A stretch of 64,000 nucleotides of DNA from Acutalibacteraceae bacterium (GTDB lineage: Bacteria > Bacillota > Clostridia > Oscillospirales > Acutalibacteraceae). The position numbers and the translations under genes are program-made. Location: contig JAZRQW010000024.1 of assembly GCA_045650165.1 (NCBI GenBank), positions 25,661 through 89,660 of the forward strand, written 5' to 3'. The notes beneath the pieces were generated by a model, which was not told where the DNA came from, did not search any database, and saw only the letters and a program-made list of their open reading frames with translations. Positions 8,761 to 18,813 of this stretch are shown here, piece by piece; the stretch's first letter is position 1; the number at the start of each line of letters is the position of its first letter.

Positions 8761-9992
8761 GTTTGTTTTCAAGAATCAAGAGCAAGGGCAGTAACTATTC
8801 AATCAAGCAGATTGATTTGTCCGTCTGCCCCGAAAATACACCTGAAGAGCTTAAGTATTTATATGAGCAGAGTGTTGTCGATTACGGTGAGGGCTACCTC
8901 GGTCACCCCGATTCTGTCTTGCTCAAAAACGGCGATATTCTCACTTTTTTTCCCAAGGGTCACGGCAAGGGTGCCGCTCTTGCCCGCCGCAGTAAGGATG
9001 GCGGCGTAACCTACGTCAACGGTATGGATAACCAGCCGAAATCGTGGGAAGGCTCGCGCGAAACCCCAACGGTTTACCGCCTTGAATTCAACGACCCGAA
9101 CACACCCGATAAGCTTATACTTATCTGTGGCAACCCCAAATGGGGCATAGAGCCGACAACGGGCGGATTCAATTGTTCACTTTCCTGCGACGAGGGCGAA
9201 ACCTGGAGCGAGTTCAAGCTCTTTTATAAGGGTATGAACACTATCGTTGCAATGGCATCGCTCACAAGGCTCAAGGAAAACGGCGAGTTCGTCGATAAGT
9301 GGATGGCTTTGTTCCACGACAGAAAGTTCCACAACTATAAAACAATACTTACCTTTGACCAAAACGGCGAAATGCAATGGAGCAAGCCCGAAAAGTACTT
9401 TGCCTGCTACCGTAAAACCGAAAAGGGCAGTAATATGTGCGAGGTTGAGTGCATCCGCTCCGATATGGGTAAGGGTGACGAAATATGTATCCTCACCAGA
9501 AGCAATACCAAAAAGGTAAATTCAATGATAAGCTTCTCAAAGGATGAGGGCAAAACATGGTCTGCGCCCGTCGAGCTGCCTGCCGCACTTAACGGTGAAA
9601 GGCACAAGGCAGATTACCTGCCCGACGGCAGACTTATCATAACCTTCCGCTCAATTGAGCGTTGCCCCGAAAAAAATAAGGTGAATATCGAAAAGGGACA
9701 CAAAGGACGCGGCTGGTACAGCGAGGGCTGGATAGCCTGGGTCGGCACTTACGATGACCTTAAAAACGGCAGGGAAGGGCAGTACAGAATAAAGCTTGCC
9801 CACACCTACCTCAACTATCAGACTGAGCCCGATATTGTTGCCAACGGCGATTGCGGTTACTGCGGCAATGTCGTTCTTCCCGACGGCACCTTTGTTACAT
9901 CAACTTACGGCATTTTCTCTGCCGATGAAAAACGCCATACATATATTGTTTCAAAGCGTGTCCGTCTTACCGATACCGATAAATTACTTTAA
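8757..9992 (+). CDS. BNR/Asp-box repeat (sialidase-fold beta-propeller) protein, no signal peptide
   Basis: Three Asp-boxes: SKDGGVTY, SCDEGETW, SKDEGKTW. Hydrophilic N-terminus. The ATG overlaps the metH stop (ATGA), with GAGGAGGG 9 nt upstream. Confidence 0.7.
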   Translation: MSLFSRIKSKGSNYSIKQIDLSVCPENTPEELKYLYEQSVVDYGEGYLGHPDSVLLKNGDILTFFPKGHGKGAALARRSKDGGVTYVNGMDNQPKSWEGSRETPTVYRLEFNDPNTPDKLILICGNPKWGIEPTTGGFNCSLSCDEGETWSEFKLFYKGMNTIVAMASLTRLKENGEFVDKWMALFHDRKFHNYKTILTFDQNGEMQWSKPEKYFACYRKTEKGSNMCEVECIRSDMGKGDEICILTRSNTKKVNSMISFSKDEGKTWSAPVELPAALNGERHKADYLPDGRLIITFRSIERCPEKNKVNIEKGHKGRGWYSEGWIAWVGTYDDLKNGREGQYRIKLAHTYLNYQTEPDIVANGDCGYCGNVVLPDGTFVTSTYGIFSADEKRHTYIVSKRVRLTDTDKLL

Positions 9993-10020
9993 TTAAATTC
10001 AGTTCTCACAGGAGTTAACT

Positions 10021-11115
10021 ATGGAAGCCTTCAACAAAAACGAAACCGTGCTTTATAACCTGCGCATGCTCTACGAGCAGTACGGCTATAAGCGCTTTAA
10101 AATGAGCAAGTTTGAGGAGTATGACCTCTATCTTGAGTATAAGAAGTTTCTGCAGACAGAGAATATCATCACATTTACTGACCTTCACGGTAAGCTCTAT
10201 GCTTTGAAGCCCGATATCACTCTGTCAATTGCAAAGAATGCAAATCCTGCCCAGCCTCAGAAGCTCTATTATAAAGAGAATGTTTACAGAGCATCAAAGG
10301 ACACAAAGGAATACAAGGAAATTACACAGCTCGGCCTTGAGTATATCGGTGAAATTGATTCCTACACAATGGCAGAAGCCGTTCTTCTTGCCGCAAAGAG
10401 CCTCAAGCTTATAAGCGAAAGTTACATTCTTGACATTTCCCATATGGGCTTTATTTCGGGTCTGTTTGAGCAGGCGGGTTTAAGCGATGTTCAGCAGGAA
10501 AAGCTGCTCGGCTTCCTTGGTAAAAAGGATACCCACGAAATGCGTTACTGCTGTGAGCAGTTCGGCGTTGAAAGCTCAATGAGCGAAAAAATTGTTTCTC
10601 TCTGCGAGATTTACGGCAGCTTTGAAGAAACTCTGCCGAAAATCAAATCGCTTGTACTCAACGACAAAATGGCTGACGCAATAAAAGAGCTCGAAGTGCT
10701 TTATTCTGTGCTCAGCGCAATGGGCGAGGGTGAACACATCAACCTCGACTTCTCCATTGTCAACGATATGAGCTACTACAACGGCGTTATTTATCGTGGC
10801 TATGTAAAGGATGTTCCGTTCAGCGTGCTCAGCGGCGGCAGATACGACAATCTCCTTCAGAAGCTCGGCAAAAACTGCCAGGCAATAGGCTTTGCCGTTT
10901 ATGTTGATTTGCTTGAGCTTTATGACAGGCACAGCCGTGAATACGACGTGGATGTGCTTGTTACTTACACAAGTGAGGATACTCCTGCAGCAGTTGCGGC
11001 TGTTGCAGAAAAATACATTTCCGAGGGTAAGAGCGTCAAGGTGCTTATCAATGCGCCCGAAACCCTCAAATACCGTGAAAAGGTAAGCGTTTCACAGAAG
11101 GGAGCCGAGGAATAA
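10021..11115 (+). CDS. hisZ: ATP phosphoribosyltransferase regulatory subunit (HisRS paralog)
   Basis: 364-aa HisRS-like catalytic core without an anticodon-binding domain (SGGRYDNLL). Immediately precedes a short-form hisG. Confidence 0.9.
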   Translation: MEAFNKNETVLYNLRMLYEQYGYKRFKMSKFEEYDLYLEYKKFLQTENIITFTDLHGKLYALKPDITLSIAKNANPAQPQKLYYKENVYRASKDTKEYKEITQLGLEYIGEIDSYTMAEAVLLAAKSLKLISESYILDISHMGFISGLFEQAGLSDVQQEKLLGFLGKKDTHEMRYCCEQFGVESSMSEKIVSLCEIYGSFEETLPKIKSLVLNDKMADAIKELEVLYSVLSAMGEGEHINLDFSIVNDMSYYNGVIYRGYVKDVPFSVLSGGRYDNLLQKLGKNCQAIGFAVYVDLLELYDRHSREYDVDVLVTYTSEDTPAAVAAVAEKYISEGKSVKVLINAPETLKYREKVSVSQKGAEE

Positions 11116-11747
11116 TGGAATATCTTAATATAGCTCTTCCCAAGGGCAGGCTCGGCGAAAAGGTCTATGAAATGTTCGAGAAAATCGGCTACGGCTGTCC
11201 TGCAATCAAAGAAAAGAACAGACAGCTGATTTTCGAAAACGAAGAAAATAAAGTCCGCTATTTCTGGTCAAAGCCCTCCGATGTTTCGATTTATGTCGAA
11301 AAGGGTGCGGCAGATATAGGCGTTGTGGGCAAGGATATTCTTCTTGAATATGAGCCCGATATTTACGAGCTTGCCGACCTTGATATAGGCAAGTGCAGAA
11401 TGTGCGTTGCCGCTAAAAAAGGCTTTCGCGACAATTCGGAAAAAACACTTAAGGTTGCAACAAAGTTCGTCAACATCGCAAGAGCACACTATGCTTCCAA
11501 GGGCAGGGATATCGAAATATGCAAGCTCAACGGCTCTATTGAAATTGCTCCCATCCTTGGTATGACTGACGTTATAGTCGATATTGTCGAAACGGGAACA
11601 ACGCTTAAGGAAAACGACCTTGAGGTAATCGAAACAATAATTCCCATCAGTGCCCGTCTTGTTGCCAACAAGGCAAGCAGTAAGTTCAAATCCCAGCAGA
11701 TTAACGATATCCGCAGAAAGCTCCAAGAGGTAATTAACAATGATTAA
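11115..11747 (+). CDS. hisG: ATP phosphoribosyltransferase, short form
   Basis: N-terminal IALPKGRL motif, 210 aa. TAATG overlap with hisZ. Confidence 0.95.
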   Translation: MEYLNIALPKGRLGEKVYEMFEKIGYGCPAIKEKNRQLIFENEENKVRYFWSKPSDVSIYVEKGAADIGVVGKDILLEYEPDIYELADLDIGKCRMCVAAKKGFRDNSEKTLKVATKFVNIARAHYASKGRDIEICKLNGSIEIAPILGMTDVIVDIVETGTTLKENDLEVIETIIPISARLVANKASSKFKSQQINDIRRKLQEVINND

Positions 11748-13014
11748 AATTTTTGACGGCGAAATCAAAGCCGAAGACATATTCGCAAGAGAAGAGGAAA
11801 AAAGCACGGTAGGTGAAATCGTTGCCGATATTATTACAAACGTGCGCAAAAACGGCGACAAAGCACTTCGTGAATATTCCGAAAAGTTCGATAAGGCAAA
11901 GCTCGACAGCCTTGAGGTAACAGCAGAGGAAATCGACGCTGCATTTGAGGCACTTGAGCCTGAATTTATCGCTGTTATAGAGGAAGCAGCAGAAAATATC
12001 CGTGAGTTCCACCGCCACCAGGTTAAGACCGGTTTTGTCATCACTCCCCGTGACGGTGTTGTGCTCGGTCAGCGTGTAATTCCGCTTGAAAGAGTCGGCC
12101 TCTATGTTCCCGGCGGTACGGCAAGCTATCCTTCTTCCGTTCTGATGAACTGTATTCCTGCAAAGCTTGCAGGCTGTGATGAAATTGTTATGGTTACACC
12201 TCCGTCGGCTGATGGCAGTATTAAGCCCGCAATTCTCGTTGCCGCAAAAATCGCAGGTGTTGACCGTATATTCAAGGTCGGCGGTGCTCAGGCTGTTGCA
12301 GCCCTTGCTTACTCAACAGAAACAATTCCCCAGGTTGATAAAATCGTTGGCCCCGGCAACGTCTTTGTTGCAGAGGCAAAGCGTCAGGTTTTCGGTACGG
12401 TTGCAATTGATATGATTGCAGGTCCCAGTGAAATCCTCGTAATTGCAGACGAAACCTGTAACCCGAAGTTTGTTGCAGCAGATATGCTTTCGCAGGCAGA
12501 GCACGACAAGAACGCAAGCGCAGTTCTTGTAACCGACAGTATGGCTCTAGCAAAAGCTGTAAGCGCAGAACTCGAAAGACAGATTCCGCTTCTTCCCCGT
12601 GAGGAAATTGCAAGAGCATCAATAGACAACAACGGTAAAATCATCGTTGTTGATGACCTTATGAAGGCTGCCGAAATGTCCAACTCAATTGCTCCCGAGC
12701 ACCTTGAAATTTGTGTGGACAAGCCCTTTGACTTCCTGCCCCGTATCCGTAACGCAGGCTCGGTCTTCCTCGGCAAAAACTGTCCCGAAGCACTCGGCGA
12801 CTATTTTGCAGGCCCCAACCACACACTTCCCACAAGCGGTACGGCTCGCTTCTCAAGCCCGCTTTCCGTTGATGATTTTATCAAGCGTTCATCCTTTATT
12901 TCCTATTCCGAGGATGCACTTGAAAAGGTTTATGAAAAGATTGATTCTTTTGCACAGAAGGAAGGCTTACACGCCCACGGCAGAAGCGTAACTGTCAGAT
13001 TTGAAGATAAATAA
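11740..13014 (+). CDS. hisD: histidinol dehydrogenase
   Basis: 424 aa with the SQAEHD motif. 8-nt overlap with hisG. Confidence 0.95.
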   Translation: MIKIFDGEIKAEDIFAREEEKSTVGEIVADIITNVRKNGDKALREYSEKFDKAKLDSLEVTAEEIDAAFEALEPEFIAVIEEAAENIREFHRHQVKTGFVITPRDGVVLGQRVIPLERVGLYVPGGTASYPSSVLMNCIPAKLAGCDEIVMVTPPSADGSIKPAILVAAKIAGVDRIFKVGGAQAVAALAYSTETIPQVDKIVGPGNVFVAEAKRQVFGTVAIDMIAGPSEILVIADETCNPKFVAADMLSQAEHDKNASAVLVTDSMALAKAVSAELERQIPLLPREEIARASIDNNGKIIVVDDLMKAAEMSNSIAPEHLEICVDKPFDFLPRIRNAGSVFLGKNCPEALGDYFAGPNHTLPTSGTARFSSPLSVDDFIKRSSFISYSEDALEKVYEKIDSFAQKEGLHAHGRSVTVRFEDK

Positions 13015-13035
13015 CTTAAACTTGGAGCATATACA

Positions 13036-14091
13036 ATGAGCAGATTTATGTCAGACAGGCTTTCATCCCTTACACCGTATACGCCGGGTGAACAGCCGCA
13101 GGACTTTAACTATGTAAAACTTAACACAAACGAATCTCCGTTTGATCCCTCTCCCGAGGTTATAAAAGCTGTCAATACAGCAGAGGTTGAGCGCCTGAGG
13201 CTTTATTCAGACCCCGAGTGCAAAAAGACGGTACAGGCTGTTGCCGACTATTACGGAGTGGAAAGCAAAAATGTGGTCCTCGGTAACGGCTCGGACGAAA
13301 TCCTCGCTTTTATTTTTGAGGCGTTCTGCGATAAACACACTCCCGTTGCATATCCGGATATAAGCTATGGCTTTTATGAGGTTTTTGCTTCACGCTACGG
13401 TATAGATTCACAGGTTATTCCGCTTAAAGCTGATTATTCTCTTTGTGCAGATGATTACTGCGGTCTGAACAAAACAATCGTTATTGCAAATCCCAACGCA
13501 CCTACAGGTATGGCTATATCGCTTGAGGATATCGAAAAGATAGCTTCAAGCAATCCCGACAACGTGGTTGTTATTGATGAAGCCTATGTTGACTTCGGCG
13601 GTGAGAGCGCAGTTGAGCTTACAAAGAAATACAGCAACCTTATTGTTGTACAGACCTTTTCAAAATCCCGTCAGCTTGCAGGCGCGCGCCTCGGTTTTGC
13701 CATTGCGAACGAAGAACTGATTGCGGATCTGAATACAGTCCGTTTTGCATCAAACCCCTATAATATCAATCGCCTGACCCTGCTTGCAGGCGAGGCAGCG
13801 ATAAACGATAAGGCATATTTTGAAAGCACAAGGAATCAGATTATCGAAAACCGTGCATATACGGTGTCAGAGCTTGAAAAAAGAAGCTTTACCGTGCTCG
13901 ACTCTAAAACAAACTTCGTCTTTGCTTCTCATAAAGAGAAAAGCGGCGAAGAGCTTTACAAAGGACTGAAAGCAAACGGTGTGCTTGTCCGTTTCTTCAA
14001 CAAGCCCAGACTCGATAAATACCTTCGTATTACTATCGGCACAAAAGAGCAGATGGATGCTCTTCTTGCCGCACTCGATAAAATACTTTGA
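13036..14091 (+). CDS. hisC: histidinol-phosphate aminotransferase
   Basis: PLP-lysine motif TFSKSRQLAGARLG, 351 aa, operon context. Confidence 0.9.
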   Translation: MSRFMSDRLSSLTPYTPGEQPQDFNYVKLNTNESPFDPSPEVIKAVNTAEVERLRLYSDPECKKTVQAVADYYGVESKNVVLGNGSDEILAFIFEAFCDKHTPVAYPDISYGFYEVFASRYGIDSQVIPLKADYSLCADDYCGLNKTIVIANPNAPTGMAISLEDIEKIASSNPDNVVVIDEAYVDFGGESAVELTKKYSNLIVVQTFSKSRQLAGARLGFAIANEELIADLNTVRFASNPYNINRLTLLAGEAAINDKAYFESTRNQIIENRAYTVSELEKRSFTVLDSKTNFVFASHKEKSGEELYKGLKANGVLVRFFNKPRLDKYLRITIGTKEQMDALLAALDKIL

Positions 14092-14112
14092 TTTTAAAGG
14101 ACGGATTTTACA

Positions 14113-14700
14113 ATGCGTACAAGTGAAATTAAGCGTAACACCGCCGAAACACAGATTGAGCTTTTTCTTAATCTCGACGGTACAGGTAAAAGCGAAATTG
14201 ATACAGGCTGCGGTTTTCTCGACCATATGCTCACCCTCTTTTCACGCCACGGAAGGTTTGACCTCAACGTGAAATGCAACGGCGATATTAACGTTGATTA
14301 CCACCACACAGTTGAGGATATCGGCATCTGCCTTGGTCAGGCTTTTGCCGAAGCACTCGGCAATATGGCAGGTATCAAGCGCTACGGCGATATTATTCTG
14401 CCTATGGATGAATCGCTGATTATGTGTGCGGTCGATATTTCGGGCAGAGCACATCTTTCGCTTGACCTTGGTGCTATGCCCCCGAAGGTAGGCGATTTTG
14501 ACACCGAGCTTGTGAGCGAGTTTATGCTCGGTCTTGTGCGCAACAGCAAAATCACCCTGCACATAAATAAGCTCTACGGATCAAATACACACCACGTTAT
14601 TGAGGGCTGCTTCAAGGCACTTGGCAGAGTGCTCGGCAGTGCCGTAAGCATAGATGAAAGGCTTAACGGCGAAATTCCCTCAACCAAAGGAGTTCTTTGA
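14113..14700 (+). CDS. hisB: imidazoleglycerol-phosphate dehydratase
   Basis: Motifs DYHHTVEDIG and HHVIEGCFKALG. 195 aa, monofunctional. Confidence 0.95.
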   Translation: MRTSEIKRNTAETQIELFLNLDGTGKSEIDTGCGFLDHMLTLFSRHGRFDLNVKCNGDINVDYHHTVEDIGICLGQAFAEALGNMAGIKRYGDIILPMDESLIMCAVDISGRAHLSLDLGAMPPKVGDFDTELVSEFMLGLVRNSKITLHINKLYGSNTHHVIEGCFKALGRVLGSAVSIDERLNGEIPSTKGVL

Positions 14701-15308
14701 TGTTAGCTATAATTGACTACGGAGTGGGCAATATTTTTTCGCTGTATTCCTCTTTTAAGTTTATCGGCGAGGATGTTGTGCTCACAAGCGACAAAAAGAT
14801 AATTGATTCCTGTTCACATATAATCCTTCCCGGTGTAGGCGCTTTTGAGGATGCAAGAAGAAAGCTCGACGAAAGCGGTATGACCGAGGTTGTAAAAGAG
14901 CAGGTTAAAACGGGCAAGCCCCTTATGGGTATCTGCCTTGGTATGCAGATGCTTTTTGATAAAAGCTACGAATATGGCGAGCACGAGGGCCTCGGACTCA
15001 TCAAAGGCTCGGTAAGACCTATATCCGAGGTTATTTCCCCCGAACTCAAAATTCCGCATATCGGCTGGAATGCGCTTGAGTTTACAAAGGAAACAGGCAT
15101 TTTCAAGCACATCAAAAACGGCGACCACGTTTATTTTGTCCATTCCTACTGGGCGGCGGACTGTGAGGAAAGCACAACGTCCGTGTGCGAATACGGCGCA
15201 AGGCTTACAGCTTCCGTGCAGAGCGGAAATGTTTACGGCTGTCAGTTCCACCCTGAAAAAAGCGGTGAGGTCGGCCTGAACATACTCAAAGCATTCTGTG
15301 AATTATAA
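14697..15308 (+). CDS. hisH: imidazole glycerol phosphate synthase, glutaminase subunit
   Basis: Motifs ILPGVGAF, GICLGMQ (catalytic Cys) and QFHPEKS. ATGA overlap with hisB. Confidence 0.95.
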   Translation: MMLAIIDYGVGNIFSLYSSFKFIGEDVVLTSDKKIIDSCSHIILPGVGAFEDARRKLDESGMTEVVKEQVKTGKPLMGICLGMQMLFDKSYEYGEHEGLGLIKGSVRPISEVISPELKIPHIGWNALEFTKETGIFKHIKNGDHVYFVHSYWAADCEESTTSVCEYGARLTASVQSGNVYGCQFHPEKSGEVGLNILKAFCEL

Positions 15309-15323
15309 GAGGTACTTGTAATT

Positions 15324-16046
15324 ATGAAACTTTTTCCGGCGATAGATTTAAAAGATAAAAAGGTTGTCCGTCTTTTCAAGGGCGATTATAATCAGATGAC
15401 GGTTTACGGCGATAATCCGCTTGAAACAGCCAAGGGTTTCAAGGCAAGCGGTGCGGAGTATCTCCATGTTGTTGACCTTGACGGTGCGAAGGACGGCGAC
15501 AACCCCAACTTTGAAATCGTTGCAGATTTAGCCCAGAACAGCGGTCTTAAGGTTGAAATCGGCGGCGGTATCAGAAACGAAGAAATAATTAAGAAATATA
15601 TTGATGCAGGCGTTATGCGTGTTATCCTCGGCACTGTTGCAATTTCCAACCCCGATTTTGTTGCCGAAATGGTAAACAAATACGGCGATAAAATTGCAGT
15701 CGGTGTCGATATGCTCGGCGGTAAGGTTGCAACTCACGGCTGGATAAATGTCAGCGAGGTTGACGGCTTTGAATTCTGCGAAAGATTAGAGAAAATGGGT
15801 GTTGCAACCGTAATCTGTACCGACATTTCAAAGGACGGTGCAATGCAGGGCACAAACCGTGAGCTTTACCGTGAAATGGCAAAGCGCTTTAAGTTTGATA
15901 CGGTTGCTTCCGGCGGTGTATCAACGCTTGATGATGTAAAAGCTCTTAACGAAATGGGCGTTTACGGTGCAATTCTCGGAAAGGCACTTTACACCGGTGC
16001 AGTAGATTTGAAGGAAGCCGTAAAAATAACGGCAGGGGAGGAATAA
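15324..16046 (+). CDS. hisA: ProFAR isomerase
   Basis: N-terminal PAIDLKDKKVVRL, (beta/alpha)8 repeat pattern, 240 aa. Confidence 0.95.
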   Translation: MKLFPAIDLKDKKVVRLFKGDYNQMTVYGDNPLETAKGFKASGAEYLHVVDLDGAKDGDNPNFEIVADLAQNSGLKVEIGGGIRNEEIIKKYIDAGVMRVILGTVAISNPDFVAEMVNKYGDKIAVGVDMLGGKVATHGWINVSEVDGFEFCERLEKMGVATVICTDISKDGAMQGTNRELYREMAKRFKFDTVASGGVSTLDDVKALNEMGVYGAILGKALYTGAVDLKEAVKITAGEE

Positions 16047-16047
16047 T

Positions 16048-16806
16048 ATGATAACGAAAAGAATTATTCCTTGTCTTGACGTCAAAAACGGCAGAGTTGT
16101 AAAAGGCGTGAATTTCGAGGGATTGAGCGATGTTTCATCGCCCGTCGAGCTTGCGGATTACTACAGCCGTGCAGGCGCAGATGAGCTTGTTTTTTATGAT
16201 ATTACGGCATCTGTCGAGGGTAGGCAGATATTTACGGATATACTTAAAGAAGCGGCGTCGAAAATCTTTATTCCGCTTACTGTCGGCGGCGGCATCACAA
16301 CGCTGGACGATTTTGAGCGTGTGCTCAACTGCGGTGCGGATAAGGTCAGCGTAAATTCGGGTGCTATCAAAAATCCAAAGATTATCGAAGAGGCTGCAAA
16401 AAAATACGGCGACCAGTGTGTCGTGCTTTCTGCCGATATCAAGAGGGTAGACGGTAAGTTCAAGCTCTTCAAAAACGGCGGACGAGTAAACACCGAAATC
16501 GACGCTCTCGAATGGATTAAATTCGGCGTTGACAGCGGCGCAGGCGAAATCGTTGTCAACAGCATCGATACAGACGGCGTAAAGCAGGGTTTCGACCTTG
16601 AAATGCTCGAGGCTGTCTGCAATATCGTTTCTGTGCCTGTTATTGCTTCGGGCGGTGCAGGCGGAATAAAAGACTTTATTGAACTTTTCAATAAATTGCC
16701 CAAGGTCGATGCAGGTCTTGCGGCATCCATTTTCCACTTCGGCGAGGTAACTATCGACGAGCTGAAGCGTGAACTCAAAGCAAACAACATCAACACCAGA
16801 ATTTGA
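16048..16806 (+). CDS. hisF: imidazole glycerol phosphate synthase, cyclase subunit
   Basis: N-terminal RIIPCLDVKNGRVVKG, 252 aa. Confidence 0.95.
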   Translation: MITKRIIPCLDVKNGRVVKGVNFEGLSDVSSPVELADYYSRAGADELVFYDITASVEGRQIFTDILKEAASKIFIPLTVGGGITTLDDFERVLNCGADKVSVNSGAIKNPKIIEEAAKKYGDQCVVLSADIKRVDGKFKLFKNGGRVNTEIDALEWIKFGVDSGAGEIVVNSIDTDGVKQGFDLEMLEAVCNIVSVPVIASGGAGGIKDFIELFNKLPKVDAGLAASIFHFGEVTIDELKRELKANNINTRI

Positions 16807-16821
16807 GGAGGAAAGAAAGAT

Positions 16822-17472
16822 ATGTTACATGTTAGTGATTTGAAATTTGATGCAAACGGCCTTATCCCGGCAATTGTTGTGGATTACCGCTCGAATAAAG
16901 TGCTCACCCTTGCCTATATGAACGAGGAAAGCCTTCGCATTACTCTTGATGAGGGTAAAACCTGCTTCTGGTCACGTTCACGTCAGAAGCTCTGGCGTAA
17001 GGGCGAATCTTCGGGCAACTACCAGCACGTAATGGAAATCAAGGCAGACTGCGATAAGGATGCACTTGTTATAAAGGTAAAGAAGGACGGTCCTGCCTGT
17101 CACAAGGGTACGGATTCCTGCTTCACAAACACCTTCTACCGCAAGAGCGGCTATAGTGATTTTTCGCTTGAAAGTCTTATGGAACTGCTCAGATCACGTA
17201 AGGCAGACCCGCCTGCAGGCTCTTACACAAGCTATCTCTTTGAGAAGGGTATTGACAAAATCCTCAAAAAGGTCGGCGAGGAGTCAACTGAGGTTATCAT
17301 CGCTGCAAAGGCAGACGATAAAAAGGAAACTGTTTACGAGATTGCAGACCTTGCCTATCATATTATGGTTATGATGACCGAAATGGATATCTCGGTTGAA
17401 GAAGTATATAAGGAACTTGCTTCACGCCATGTTATCGATCATAAGGTCAAGCAGGAAAAAATGACTAAATAA
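16822..17472 (+). CDS. hisI: bifunctional phosphoribosyl-AMP cyclohydrolase / phosphoribosyl-ATP pyrophosphatase
   Basis: [15 protein letters not shown] (HisI part) followed by a HisE-like helical C-terminal half. 216 aa. Confidence 0.9.
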   Translation: MLHVSDLKFDANGLIPAIVVDYRSNKVLTLAYMNEESLRITLDEGKTCFWSRSRQKLWRKGESSGNYQHVMEIKADCDKDALVIKVKKDGPACHKGTDSCFTNTFYRKSGYSDFSLESLMELLRSRKADPPAGSYTSYLFEKGIDKILKKVGEESTEVIIAAKADDKKETVYEIADLAYHIMVMMTEMDISVEEVYKELASRHVIDHKVKQEKMTK

Positions 17473-17474
17473 GA

Positions 17475-18803
17475 GTGGTTATGAAAATGAAAAAATCCAA
17501 TCCTCTTGCGCTTATACCAATAGGCGTATTTGTTGCGTTCTATCTTTCGCTTGGTATAATTTTTGAATATGTAATGGCTATCCCTATGGGATTTTACAGC
17601 GTTCCCGTTATTGTTGCGTTTCTCGTGGCTCTCTTTGTAGCTGTACTCCAGACAAAGGGTGTTTCGCTCGACAAAAAATTCGAATTAATGGGGCAGGGCA
17701 TAGGCGACAAAAATATAATAACAATGCTGCTTATCTTCCTGCTTGCAGGTATTTTTGTAGGTGTTGTCGGTAGAGGTTCAGCCGAAAGTGTTGCTTACTT
17801 TCTGCTTTCAGTCACTCCGCCACGCTTTGCAATAGCTGTTCTGTTTGTAATAAGTGCCTTCGTTTCCACCGCTATGGGTACTTCTGTTGGTACAATCACG
17901 CTTATTACTCCCATTGCTGTTGCAATTTCAACGGGCTCGGGTTTTCCGCTTGCACTTTGTGTAGGTACGGTTGTCGGCGGTGCAATGTTCGGCGATAATC
18001 TTTCCTTTATTTCGGATACAACAATCGCCGCTTGTAACGGTCAGGGCTGTGCAATGAAGGATAAATTTCGCACAAACCTTGCAATTGTCGCACCTGCTGC
18101 AGTTGTAACTCTTGCGCTGATTATTGCGTTTTCGCTCAGGTACGATATTTCAGGTGGAATTATCAAGGATTACGATATGATTCAGATTATTCCGTACATC
18201 CTCGTTCTTATCAGCGGTATTGTCGGCATCAATGTTTTCCTCACACTCATTATCGGTATCGTTTCGGGCAGCATCATAATGCTTGCAACCTCTGCCGTGG
18301 ATTTTCCCTCGCTTCTTTCGGGTATGGGTACTGGTGCTTCGGGTATGTTTGAAACCTCAATGGTTGCTGTGCTGGTTGCGGCGCTGTGTGCCCTGATTAA
18401 GTATAACGGCGGCTTCGATGCCCTGCTCAACGGCATTCGCCGCATTTTCAAAGGCAGAAAGGGCGGTCAGCTTGGTATAGGTCTGCTTGTCGGTCTTATG
18501 GATATTGCAACGGCAAACAATACTGTTGCAATTGTTATGGCTAACCCCATTGCTTCGGAAATGTCGAAGGATTACGATATCGACAACCGTAAGGTTGCTT
18601 CAATTCTTGATACATTTTCCTGTATTGTCCAGGGCTTTCTGCCCTACGGTGCTCAGATTCTCGTTGCCTTGTCCGTAGTGACTACTCTCGGGCTTGAACT
18701 CTCGGCATTCGACATTATCAAAAATCTTTTCTATCCCTTCCTTCTTCTTATCAGCTCACTTGTGTTTATCTTCTTCGTTCCCGAAAAGAAAACAAAAGCA
18801 TAA
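17475..18803 (+). CDS. NhaC-family Na+/H+ antiporter-like membrane transporter
   Basis: About 440 aa and roughly 11-12 TM segments, with overall NhaC-like composition. Start is uncertain: GTG 17475, ATG 17481 or ATG 17487. No terminator after hisIE. Confidence 0.7.
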   Translation: MVMKMKKSNPLALIPIGVFVAFYLSLGIIFEYVMAIPMGFYSVPVIVAFLVALFVAVLQTKGVSLDKKFELMGQGIGDKNIITMLLIFLLAGIFVGVVGRGSAESVAYFLLSVTPPRFAIAVLFVISAFVSTAMGTSVGTITLITPIAVAISTGSGFPLALCVGTVVGGAMFGDNLSFISDTTIAACNGQGCAMKDKFRTNLAIVAPAAVVTLALIIAFSLRYDISGGIIKDYDMIQIIPYILVLISGIVGINVFLTLIIGIVSGSIIMLATSAVDFPSLLSGMGTGASGMFETSMVAVLVAALCALIKYNGGFDALLNGIRRIFKGRKGGQLGIGLLVGLMDIATANNTVAIVMANPIASEMSKDYDIDNRKVASILDTFSCIVQGFLPYGAQILVALSVVTTLGLELSAFDIIKNLFYPFLLLISSLVFIFFVPEKKTKA

Positions 18804-18813
18804 TTGATGGTGA

